Shown one piece after another: positions 1-7,568 of a stretch of DNA of 32,000 nt. Position numbers and translations under genes: made by a program. Source of the DNA: Emticicia soli (GTDB taxonomy: Bacteria; Bacteroidota; Bacteroidia; Cytophagales; Spirosomataceae); the NCBI RefSeq assembly GCF_037860775.1, contig NZ_JBBEWC010000003.1:178969-210968 (forward strand). Direction: 5' to 3'. Positions within the stretch are counted from its first letter, which is position 1, and every line of letters starts with the position of its first letter. The notes under the pieces were generated by a model, which saw only the letters and a program-made list of their open reading frames with translations, had not been told where the DNA came from and ran no database searches.

Positions 1-815
1 CATGAGAATACAGCCTCCAAATGCTGTTTTTGCGGAAAATCAGGTGTTACTAAATCGGCCTCCGGCTTATAGATATAAGGCATCGGGAAACCTCTTTCCT
101 GAAACGTCTGCTCGGCCATGTTGTTGTAACGAAGCTGAATAGACCAACGGATATTTTTGGTAACGTTTTCGCCTGAACGATGTACCAAAAACGCCGAGAA
201 AACCAGTAAATCACCTACTTCAAACTCAGTTTGAACATAGCTGTCTTCTGAAAGGTCTTCTTGAATACTTCCTAAATAGCCCGATGTATCGGCTTTTAAT
301 AAGCCATCTTTGTGGCTGGCTGGTATAATTTGTAACGAGCCAAGGGCTTCGCCACAATCAACCATAGGAAACCACATAACAATGCTATCTAAAGAACCCT
401 GGCCAGTGCGCCAGTCTTGATGCGCTCCCAATTTCCAGTGGCTACCACCTTTCGACAAATAGCGGCTATTGAACTGCATAGCAGGGCGCACACCAATTGC
501 CGGGAAATCGTATCCTAAAGATTTCAATAAGTTAATAAGCTTCGGTTCTGTACCAAGTCTGTGTAGAGATATAAGATGCTGTGCTTGTTTACCTGTGCTT
601 ACGAAAGTATTGAAGTCGGCCTCGAATAGCTCAAACATAGCTGGCTCAAACTCATCTTTATTATTAATGTCTACACTTTTGCCCAACACTCTCTCAATCT
701 GCAAAGCAAAAAGATTACGAGCCTCGGTATATATCTGGTTGATTTCTTCTTTATTAAAGAAGTTTTTCAGAATAATATAACCATCTTTATTGAATTGTTC
801 TTTCTGTGTTACCAT
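1..815 (-). CDS. Phytanoyl-CoA dioxygenase (PhyH) family Fe(II)/2-oxoglutarate oxygenase; 3' end runs off the window
   Basis: Absent from the ORF track because there is no stop in the window. I checked every codon in this frame from the ATG at 815 down to position 3 and found no stop. The translation MVTQKEQFNKDGYIILKNFF...GAHQDWRTG...FLVHRSGEN shows the HxD...H iron triad spacing typical of PhyH. Confidence 0.75.
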   Translation of the reverse strand, partial: MVTQKEQFNKDGYIILKNFFNKEEINQIYTEARNLFALQIERVLGKSVDINNKDEFEPAMFELFEADFNTFVSTGKQAQHLISLHRLGTEPKLINLLKSLGYDFPAIGVRPAMQFNSRYLSKGGSHWKLGAHQDWRTGQGSLDSIVMWFPMVDCGEALGSLQIIPASHKDGLLKADTSGYLGSIQEDLSEDSYVQTEFEVGDLLVFSAFLVHRSGENVTKNIRWSIQLRYNNMAEQTFQERGFPMPYIYKPEADLVTPDFPQKQHLEAVFS

Positions 816-901
816 AGCTTATAATCTATTCAAAAATTAAATAATAGGGCAAATCTAAAACTGTAAATAGGTCATAAAAATGATATTTATCAGTAAAGCT
901 T

Positions 902-2254
902 TTATTTCTCTAAAATAGCATAACCGAAGCCTGCTCTTCCGAACCCATTGCCATTATATAACAGATATTTTTTGTTATTATGTTCATAACAGTAAGCATA
1001 ATCTATCATTTCATAATCAAAATCGTTCGGATTATCTGATTTATGAATGCCTACCAAATCGTCTTTACGTTCCCACTTGAAACCGTCTTTCGATTCGGCA
1101 TAGCCTAAACGATAGCTTTGGTTACGGTCGGTGCGGTAATCTCTTGTGTGGCGATAAGAGTAATACATTTTGAAAATACCATCTTCAAAAAATACACTTG
1201 GTCGACCTACTGCGTGCAAGAAATCATCAAAAGGCAGAGCAACATCACCTGTCGGTGTCCATTTAATGCCATCTTCTGATACTGCTACACGGCAGTCGTA
1301 ATAAGGCTCAGGATAACCATGAATGTATTCACATTTCTGGCCAGAGATATACCACATCATCCAGCGGCCATTTACATACATTACCGAAGGTTGCGCTGCC
1401 CAAAGAGGGTTATCAATTGAGCGATCCATGATAGGGCCACGGAACATTTTCTTGAAAGTAATACCGCCATCGGTGCTGACAGATAAGCCCATCGACAGAC
1501 GGTAAGAGTTATGCGTACGATTCCAACCTGTGTAATACAACCAGATGTCGCCATTTGCTTGTGGTACAAACCACGATGGCATAGCACCGGTTTCATCGTA
1601 TTCACCCGGACCACCTAAATCCAATACGAAAGTATCGTGGATATAGAGAATCTTGGTTGGGTCGTCATAATCAACATCAATAAATGTCGGACGAGACTGC
1701 CCGTAGTCGTCTCTTGATGAAAAATAAACTCTTAAGAAATCTTTATGTTTGTAGGCATACGGCACTTGTGCATGTGAGCGGCTATGTGCTAGTGTACCAT
1801 CTGGTTTATAGATTACTCCTTTTTTTTGCCAAGACCCCCCCGCCCCTAAAGGGGAGCTTTTATCTTCAGTAGTTAACATTCGTTTTATCTGATTTAAGAC
1901 CTCTTCAGTGGAATTGTTTAGGGTTTTGTTTGTAATTCTTATAACCCTAATGCCTACTGATTGGTAAAATTCGTCTTTTTCTTTGTCTATTAATTGTTGC
2001 TCATAACTGTTGTGGATACTGCCATCAATCTCAATTACAAGTTTGAGCGTATGGCAGTAAAAATCAGCTATGTAATTGCCAATAGGATGTTGTCTTTTAA
2101 ACCTAATACCTAATTGACTTTTTGAAAGAAAATGCCACAGATGCTCTTCCATTGGTGTCGGATTCGCCCTAAGTTTCGCAGCTCTTTCAAATATAATATC
2201 CGCAGCCCCATAAAACATATTCTCTTTCATACAGACTATTTTTTGTGTGTACAT
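902..2254 (-). CDS. Continuous ORF fusing an N-terminal DUF559 (Vsr-like endonuclease fold) module to a five-bladed beta-propeller glycosidase-like protein (GH43/32/130-like)
   Basis: The track ORF 902..2257 starts at TTG. The first ATG is at 2254 and the next at 2230 (MKENMFYGA..., a typical DUF559 N-terminus). Residues ~10-125 carry the DUF559 pattern (LW..L...FKRQHPIG.YIADFYC..L.IEIDG..H). Residues ~140-451 are rich in W/Y/G propeller repeats, as seen in polysaccharide loci. No stop separates the two modules. An internal ATG at 1879 could start the propeller protein alone (902..1879). Confidence 0.7.
   Translation of the reverse strand: MYTQKIVCMKENMFYGAADIIFERAAKLRANPTPMEEHLWHFLSKSQLGIRFKRQHPIGNYIADFYCHTLKLVIEIDGSIHNSYEQQLIDKEKDEFYQSVGIRVIRITNKTLNNSTEEVLNQIKRMLTTEDKSSPLGAGGSWQKKGVIYKPDGTLAHSRSHAQVPYAYKHKDFLRVYFSSRDDYGQSRPTFIDVDYDDPTKILYIHDTFVLDLGGPGEYDETGAMPSWFVPQANGDIWLYYTGWNRTHNSYRLSMGLSVSTDGGITFKKMFRGPIMDRSIDNPLWAAQPSVMYVNGRWMMWYISGQKCEYIHGYPEPYYDCRVAVSEDGIKWTPTGDVALPFDDFLHAVGRPSVFFEDGIFKMYYSYRHTRDYRTDRNQSYRLGYAESKDGFKWERKDDLVGIHKSDNPNDFDYEMIDYAYCYEHNNKKYLLYNGNGFGRAGFGYAILEK
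1820..1841 (-). repeat. Two homopolymer tracts at the DUF559/propeller junction: sense-strand G7 (1835..1841) and A8 (1820..1827)
   Basis: Read directly. The plus strand shows T8 at 1820..1827 and C7 at 1835..1841. The sense codons are ...GGG GCG GGG GGG TCT TGG CAA AAA AAA GGA... Confidence 0.9.
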
Positions 2255-2300
2255 CAATAGAATATTGTAGAAAATGTGTCTTAAGTTCCCCTTTAGGGGC
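1842..2300 (-). mobile_element. DUF559 mini-cassette bounded by perfect 14-bp inverted repeats (putative selfish or REP-associated unit)
   Basis: GCCCCTAAAGGGGA (1842..1855) is the exact reverse complement of TCCCCTTTAGGGGC (2287..2300). The pair brackets just the DUF559 coding part. Each arm is itself a CCCC-N4-GGGG mini-hairpin. One arm touches the TAG stop (2300..2302) of the upstream methyltransferase, and the other is translated as SPLGA. Confidence 0.5.
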
Positions 2301-3187
2301 TAGGGGTTCTTTTTCCTGTTTTTCTCTGCTCTCAGTTTCCAGTTATCTTTAAAATCTTTTCCAGGAATCTGTAGATTTACGTTTACTGTTGGTGCTTTTT
2401 TGGTTTTCTTAAAATCTAATACATAATAACCGTTACCGAAAATCCATTGTAGCTTTACATCTTTTACATTTTTAGGCAAGTCTTGCAAAGGTACTTGGTC
2501 GGCAAACATTGGGTTGGCGTCCATCAATATCTGGTAAGTTTTTTGGTCTCTTAGCCATGCACCTACGCTTTCGTCGCCTACTACTACACGGCCACCTACT
2601 TTTACTACACGGTTAAACTCTTCAAAAGCCTTAGCTCTTTCTGAGAATGTATTGATACCACCAAAATGGAAAACCGCATCGAAATAATTGTCTTCAAATG
2701 GTAAATAAGCGCCATTACCAATGAAATAATCTATTTGCACATCTTTTTTATCGGCAAATTTTTCTTTGGCATGACCAAGCATCGCTGGCGATAAATCAGA
2801 TAACACCGCATGACCACCCGGAGTAACTTTTTCAATAATATAAGCCGAATCTTTTCCTGTACCTGCGCCTACTTCCAGCACCTTCATGCCCGGCTTTAGT
2901 TTCAATAAACCAATCATGGCTTTGCGTGTAGCTGCCTCGTTGGCATGTAAAGACTCAAATACCCAAGAAACTCCACGGTCGTAGCGTAGGTGAGCATCGT
3001 TATAAGCTACTTGCTCCTTACGGTCTTGCTCGAAAAGTTCTTTCGGGTAAACTAAATCTACAATGTTATTTATATCGTAAGAGATGGGTTCTTCTTGTGA
3101 GCTGTTGTGAAGCGTTTTGCCATCGGCCGACAGAACAAGTTTAGTTCTGGTTTTTGGGCAAATAAGTTGGTCAAAAAATTGAGTCAT
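2300..3187 (-). CDS. Class I SAM-dependent methyltransferase with an N-terminal Trm112-like segment
   Basis: ATG start. The SAM motif I is VLEVGAGTGKDS, with a downstream acidic residue and FHFGG. The N-terminus LICPKTRTKL resembles the Trm112-type ribbon. Confidence 0.8.
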   Translation of the reverse strand: MTQFFDQLICPKTRTKLVLSADGKTLHNSSQEEPISYDINNIVDLVYPKELFEQDRKEQVAYNDAHLRYDRGVSWVFESLHANEAATRKAMIGLLKLKPGMKVLEVGAGTGKDSAYIIEKVTPGGHAVLSDLSPAMLGHAKEKFADKKDVQIDYFIGNGAYLPFEDNYFDAVFHFGGINTFSERAKAFEEFNRVVKVGGRVVVGDESVGAWLRDQKTYQILMDANPMFADQVPLQDLPKNVKDVKLQWIFGNGYYVLDFKKTKKAPTVNVNLQIPGKDFKDNWKLRAEKNRKKNP

Positions 3188-3320
3188 TATTTGATATATA
3201 TCTATGTTAAAGCGTCAAAGTTCAAGATTTTTGCTGAAAAAACCATAGGAAAAAAGCTATATTCTAATACGAATGATTAGTTTTCTTTAATGATTTTGAA
3301 GCGTAAGAAGAAAGAGTCCT

Positions 3321-3695
3321 CTATATTGCCAAAAGGCTATCGGCAGAAATTCCTAAATCATGATATAGGTTTTTTATCATTCTGAGGGTAAGAGGTCTTT
3401 TTTTGCTTAGAACTTCCGATACACGTTCTTTGCTGCCAAAGTATTTTACTAGGTCTTTTTGGTGTAATCCTTCCTCTTCCATTTTATATTTGATAGCTTC
3501 AATAGGGTCAAGTGGGGCTATTGAGTAATGCTTCTTCTCATAATCTTCTACCAGAATAGAAAGAACCTCTAGTAAGTCAGCCTCTTTGCTATTTTCAGGG
3601 CAATCCCAGAGTTTTCGGATATTATCCATTGCAGCAGTGTATTGTTCTTCTGTTTTGATAGGAGCAATAGTGATATTTTCCATATATAAAATCAT
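3321..3695 (-). CDS. higA: HigA-type antitoxin (XRE-family helix-turn-helix)
   Basis: The C-terminal segment GSKERVSEVLSKKRPLTLRMIKNLYHDLGISADSLL matches the E. coli YgjM/HigA pattern (GSKS.VSRVLSGKR.LTL...KL...FGIS). It lies immediately downstream of higB with a 1-nt TAATG overlap. An alternative start at 3683 (MENITI) is possible. Confidence 0.85.
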   Translation of the reverse strand: MILYMENITIAPIKTEEQYTAAMDNIRKLWDCPENSKEADLLEVLSILVEDYEKKHYSIAPLDPIEAIKYKMEEEGLHQKDLVKYFGSKERVSEVLSKKRPLTLRMIKNLYHDLGISADSLLAI

Positions 3696-3994
3696 TAAAA
3701 TTCGATGGTTTTTGCATCAATCTTATCATATTCTGTATGAGTTCCGATAAACTTTATCCAACATATCTGTTTATCGTATCGAAATGCTACAACCATTCTA
3801 TATTTGTTTCTTGCAATGTTAAATATGATACGAGAATTACCAACAAAATCAGCACCTTTATAATCAGAAACGACTTCTTGCGGTGTTTTATAACTAGCTT
3901 TTGACATTTTTTTTATCCACTCCTGAATACTAGCCTGTGAGTCAGGATATTTGTCGATAAATTCTTTTAATGTTTTAATCGCAATGATTCTCAT
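3695..3994 (-). CDS. higB: HigB-family type II toxin (RelE-like mRNA interferase)
   Basis: A 99-aa protein. The pattern KTLKEF..KYP......W......Y..P.....Y...DF.G..R.IFNI..NKYR.V....Y....C.I.F.GTH.EYD parallels E. coli YgjN/HigB. The toxin-first gene order is characteristic of higBA. Confidence 0.85.
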   Translation of the reverse strand: MRIIAIKTLKEFIDKYPDSQASIQEWIKKMSKASYKTPQEVVSDYKGADFVGNSRIIFNIARNKYRMVVAFRYDKQICWIKFIGTHTEYDKIDAKTIEF

Positions 3995-4012
3995 ATCAAT
4001 ATATTAACAAAA

Positions 4013-4047
4013 CAAAAATACAAAAAGTTACCATTTAGGTAACTTTT
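4013..4047 (-). promoter_or_regulatory. Putative higBA promoter (-7 box TATTTTTG) with a perfect 10-bp inverted repeat that could be an operator or a terminator
   Basis: AAAAGTTACC (4023..4032), then ATTTA, then GGTAACTTTT (4038..4047) form a perfect palindrome. On the sense strand it is followed by TGTATTTTTGTTTT, which contains TATTTTTG (plus 4013..4020) about 20 nt before the higB ATG. It could equally act as a rho-independent terminator for the upstream acyltransferase gene. Confidence 0.4.
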
Positions 4048-4079
4048 ATGCATGAATCTATTTTTAATATTCTTAGTGC

Positions 4080-4745
4080 TTACAAATTAATATCCTTACT
4101 AGAAACCTCTGCTTTTACGGCAGGGTTGCCTTTCCAGATGCTCCAAGGTTCGGTTTTGGTTTTGGTAAGGTTGGCGCCCATAGCAATCAGTGTGCCTTCG
4201 CCCAGTGTACAGCCATCACGAATGGTAGCATTTACACCAAAAAATGAATACTCACCTACTACACAACGACCAGATAATACCACATGAGACGTAAAATACA
4301 CATGGTCTTTTATTTCGCCGTGGTGACCAATGTGGTTACCGCTCCACAACACTACATTGTTGCCGATTTTTACAAAAGGTTGAATGGTGTTATCTTCCAG
4401 AATAAAACAGTTTTCGCCAATCTGGTCGGTTAAAACTGTGGCTTTTGAGCTGATGTAAGAAATACACTCATAACCCAGTTTTTTTATTTCGCCATATACT
4501 TTTGCACGAATCTGGTTCATTTTACGCTCGCTTAGTGGCGCAAAAAACTTATATTCTGATGGAGGGAAAAGCTCAGGAACATCTTCAAACGCCACGAGTT
4601 GTATACCACAGAAAGATGTTTCGCCTTCTTTTATGTATGCTCTGTTTTTTGTGAATGCTACAATTTCGTGCTCTGAGTCATTTGTGAGATAATAATGGGC
4701 TAATTCTGCCACTAATTCGGTGCCGAAAACTACTACTTTTGCCAT
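4080..4745 (-). CDS. Left-handed beta-helix (hexapeptide repeat) sugar acyltransferase, NeuD/PglD-like architecture
   Basis: Hexapeptide-type repeats sit in the C-terminal half (IGNNVVLWSGNHIGHHGEIKDHVYFTSHVVLSGRCVVGEYSFFGVNATIRDGCTLGEGTLIAMGANL) behind a small N-terminal alpha/beta domain. Confidence 0.75.
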   Translation of the reverse strand: MAKVVVFGTELVAELAHYYLTNDSEHEIVAFTKNRAYIKEGETSFCGIQLVAFEDVPELFPPSEYKFFAPLSERKMNQIRAKVYGEIKKLGYECISYISSKATVLTDQIGENCFILEDNTIQPFVKIGNNVVLWSGNHIGHHGEIKDHVYFTSHVVLSGRCVVGEYSFFGVNATIRDGCTLGEGTLIAMGANLTKTKTEPWSIWKGNPAVKAEVSSKDINL

Positions 4746-4762
4746 TGTGAAGCTATTTGTTT

Positions 4763-5461
4763 TTAAACCAACTCGAATTCTTTTAAATATTCATGGATTG
4801 CTTCAATTGAGCAAAACATCATTAGGTCAATTATTGAAAGCCAGGGTACAAATTCATTGTTGAATTGCTTGTACTGAATTGGCTTCGATTTGATAAAATT
4901 AAGCAAGATTTTGTTATCGGCAAAAAGTTGTTTGTCATAGATAGCCATCCCGCCGATTGGGTTAATATAATGATTGGCTTGCTCTTGTAGGCAAATATCT
5001 AAAATGCGCTCTTGTGCTTTCAGATGCTGGTTGTTGTACACAACCGAACTATCAACAAATTCGGTATCAATACCCAGATACTGACACGTAGATTTAAGAC
5101 TTGTTGTACAAAGCTCAGCTATGTTTGCAGGGTTTGATTCAAAAACCTGTGTCAGCACGCCAAGTGTTTCGTTATAGAACGGTGCTTTTTTGTACGACTG
5201 CTCAATAGTCTTAAGAAATTTTTTGCTCCATGCTGCTAAGTTATCAACTTCAATGTCTCTTATAAGGCGATTCTGGCTTGCACTAATTAGCGAAAGCGTA
5301 AAAAGTGAAGCCTTGCCGTTTATCAGAATGTTGTTCCGGTTAATCCAGCCTTTGTTGATATAAGCTACGTCGTCATACACTATAAACTTATCAACGGCTT
5401 TTATTAGTTGAAAGTAGCCCACGTATGGGAAAATGTATGGCTGCATAATGCCGATTGTCAT
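4763..5461 (-). CDS. WbqC family protein (O-antigen/polysaccharide locus protein of unknown mechanism)
   Basis: The N-terminus IMQPYIFPYVGYFQLIKAVDKFIVYDDVAYINKGWINRNNIL is the signature start of the WbqC family. Confidence 0.8.
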   Translation of the reverse strand: MTIGIMQPYIFPYVGYFQLIKAVDKFIVYDDVAYINKGWINRNNILINGKASLFTLSLISASQNRLIRDIEVDNLAAWSKKFLKTIEQSYKKAPFYNETLGVLTQVFESNPANIAELCTTSLKSTCQYLGIDTEFVDSSVVYNNQHLKAQERILDICLQEQANHYINPIGGMAIYDKQLFADNKILLNFIKSKPIQYKQFNNEFVPWLSIIDLMMFCSIEAIHEYLKEFELV

Positions 5462-5468
5462 AGCCTAT

Positions 5469-7508
5469 TTATTTATTGTTTTCAGTTTGAGGATTCAATT
5501 TGCGTAAAAAGAAAGCACTTTCTTCTACCGGAGTATCTTTGTGTTCATCGCCTTTACCTAAGGCAATATCTCCTTCTTGGTAAGGTAGAACTCCTTTAGA
5601 ATAGAACAAGTATTGTGCTTCGGCCGGAATAGGTTTTACTCTACTACGGAACGGGTGAATCGGAATAAGTTTGCGTTTAAATTCTTTTCCCCAAAGCGGA
5701 TACTCAAAATCTTCATGCTCTTGTTGAGTTCCTAGGGCTACAATGGCGTCTTTAGGTACTATTTCGTCGAAAGTCTTATAGGCTTCATAAATATCAGGGC
5801 GGGAAACCGTAAGTTGCTCCATTCGTGACATATTGAAGATATTTCTTTCGCTGAATACAGGATGGTTGCGTGTAAACAAAATAGTGCATACTGCCGAAAC
5901 ACCTATTAATACGCAGCAGATTAGCTGCCAGTATTGCCAAATTTTCTTTTTTTCGGATAATACATAAAAAGACGCCAGCAGAGGCATACACCAAACTGCC
6001 ATATTCAGAAAATACCTAGCCTTGATAGGGTCGTAGGGGGCTGAGTAGCTCAACGACAAGAAATGTAAAACGGCCGCCGCTACAAGCACCAACATACTTT
6101 TATTAGTAACGCTGCTTGTACGGTAATTACGGGCAAAATGATAGCAAAGTAATAAAATGACCGGAAGCACCATACCAAAACTAATGATACCCCAGTAAGG
6201 CCGCTCTGCATAAAAACGAATCGGGTGGTCGAAAGAGAAGTAAGAAACTACTGTATATCTATCGCCTTCCAGATTTAAAGTTCTGAAAATCTTGTTGGGA
6301 ATATAACGGAAGGCATTATTGATTTTTCTGCCCACTTCTGTGCTTCGGATACCGTCGAGATTTAAGAAATCAGAAGAGAAACGGCCGATATTCAGAGCCG
6401 TATTCTTGATTTTGTCTTTAGTTGTATAATCTTCAACGCCATGCCATTTCATTACTATTGGTGGCGCTGAGAGGTTTCCTAACCTGAATTTACCTACTTC
6501 TTGTATATTACCAATGTAGCCCGTAGGCAATACATATACAGCAACGCTAATCATGAAGCTGATTAAGAAGATATTGATATTGCGGTAAAATTCTTTTTTG
6601 AGTAGAACTGTGTATATAGCAACGGCAAAAGCAGCCGGAGCAATCAACATAAATGTAATCTTGTGGCCAATCCAGACGCCTGCTATGAGGCTTATCAGAA
6701 TAAGATTCAGCGGTATTGGCCTTTGCTTGAATGAAAACAGGAAATAGGTCAGAATACCCAGATAAGCGCTTAACACAATATCTGTTTCGGTAGTAGTTGC
6801 CTGTACTAAAGCCGTTGGAAGCAAAAGGGTAACAAGCCCAACAAATATTGAAGCCGTAAAATTTTTAGAAATCTTATAAGCTATGGCGTAGCTCGATAAA
6901 GCAAATATCCAATATGAAAGATAGTGAATAAACTTAAAGCCATTTTCGCCAAATAGATGATAAAAGAACATCTGTAGCGTAGGCAATGAGTTCGGATAAA
7001 AATCAATCGTCCAGGTAGTGCCTTGCATACGGTTCATGTTACCATTTTGCAGATAATAAGCACATTTTACTAGGTGTCCTGTCATACTGTCCCACTCGTT
7101 AGGGAAAGTAATAAACGATATGATAAGGTTTATTGCGGCAGTAATAACTACTGCTATGAGCAATACGGCAAATGATAATTTATTAATAATTGATGCTTGC
7201 CTCCAGCTATTAATAAGCTCGGTTTTTAGCTTACCGGCATCAGCCAATAGACTGAAATGGTAATTATTAGCGATTTGTCGGAAAAGAATATAGAATAAAA
7301 TCGCTATCAGATTGATAGAGATACCCCAGGCAATAGGTTGACCAATCAGGTTGAATTTAGATAACAGAAAACCCGTTGGAATAATACACGAAACTAAACC
7401 AAGAAACAGTTTGAGGCCGTAATCGCTCAAGCTTTCAGAAATGTAGGCTGCATTCCGATGGATTTGCCAGATGAAGAAAATAAAAAGTAGCAGAAATATC
7501 CAATACAT
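5469..7508 (-). CDS. Large polytopic membrane protein, candidate GT-C (ArnT/PMT-like) glycosyltransferase with a C-terminal soluble domain
   Basis: A 679-aa protein with more than 10 hydrophobic segments. An acidic loop motif NEWDSMTGH follows an early TM segment, as in GT-C enzymes. The last ~140 aa are hydrophilic. The family assignment is tentative. Confidence 0.45.
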   Translation of the reverse strand: MYWIFLLLFIFFIWQIHRNAAYISESLSDYGLKLFLGLVSCIIPTGFLLSKFNLIGQPIAWGISINLIAILFYILFRQIANNYHFSLLADAGKLKTELINSWRQASIINKLSFAVLLIAVVITAAINLIISFITFPNEWDSMTGHLVKCAYYLQNGNMNRMQGTTWTIDFYPNSLPTLQMFFYHLFGENGFKFIHYLSYWIFALSSYAIAYKISKNFTASIFVGLVTLLLPTALVQATTTETDIVLSAYLGILTYFLFSFKQRPIPLNLILISLIAGVWIGHKITFMLIAPAAFAVAIYTVLLKKEFYRNINIFLISFMISVAVYVLPTGYIGNIQEVGKFRLGNLSAPPIVMKWHGVEDYTTKDKIKNTALNIGRFSSDFLNLDGIRSTEVGRKINNAFRYIPNKIFRTLNLEGDRYTVVSYFSFDHPIRFYAERPYWGIISFGMVLPVILLLCYHFARNYRTSSVTNKSMLVLVAAAVLHFLSLSYSAPYDPIKARYFLNMAVWCMPLLASFYVLSEKKKIWQYWQLICCVLIGVSAVCTILFTRNHPVFSERNIFNMSRMEQLTVSRPDIYEAYKTFDEIVPKDAIVALGTQQEHEDFEYPLWGKEFKRKLIPIHPFRSRVKPIPAEAQYLFYSKGVLPYQEGDIALGKGDEHKDTPVEESAFFLRKLNPQTENNK

Positions 7509-7534
7509 TCAAATAATAAGGGCTTCTTGAACTA

Positions 7535-7562
7535 CAAAGGTAAGACGGAATAGTGTTCCGTC
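7535..7562 (-). promoter_or_regulatory. Hairpin after ilvA followed by a TACCTTTG -7-like box (possible terminator plus promoter for the glycan gene block)
   Basis: GACGGAA (7544..7550) pairs with TTCCGTC (7556..7562), a 7-bp stem. On the sense strand the stem is followed by TTACCTTTG (TAnnTTTG match, plus 7535..7542) about 27 nt before the ATG at 7508. Confidence 0.3.
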
Positions 7563-7568
7563 CTACAC

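Noticed and set aside
469-780. 103-aa plus-strand ORF (TTG start)
   Set aside because: It is entirely antisense to the PhyH-family CDS, whose frame is open across the region and carries clear family motifs. It is a shadow ORF.
3693-3695. HigA start codon choice (3695 versus 3683)
   Set aside because: This is not a finding. Both ATGs are in frame. The 1-nt overlap with the higB stop favours 3695, but MENITI at 3683 cannot be excluded from sequence alone.
4048-4287. 79-aa plus-strand ORF starting in the higB upstream spacer
   Set aside because: Most of it is antisense to the hexapeptide acyltransferase CDS, and nothing supports it as a protein.
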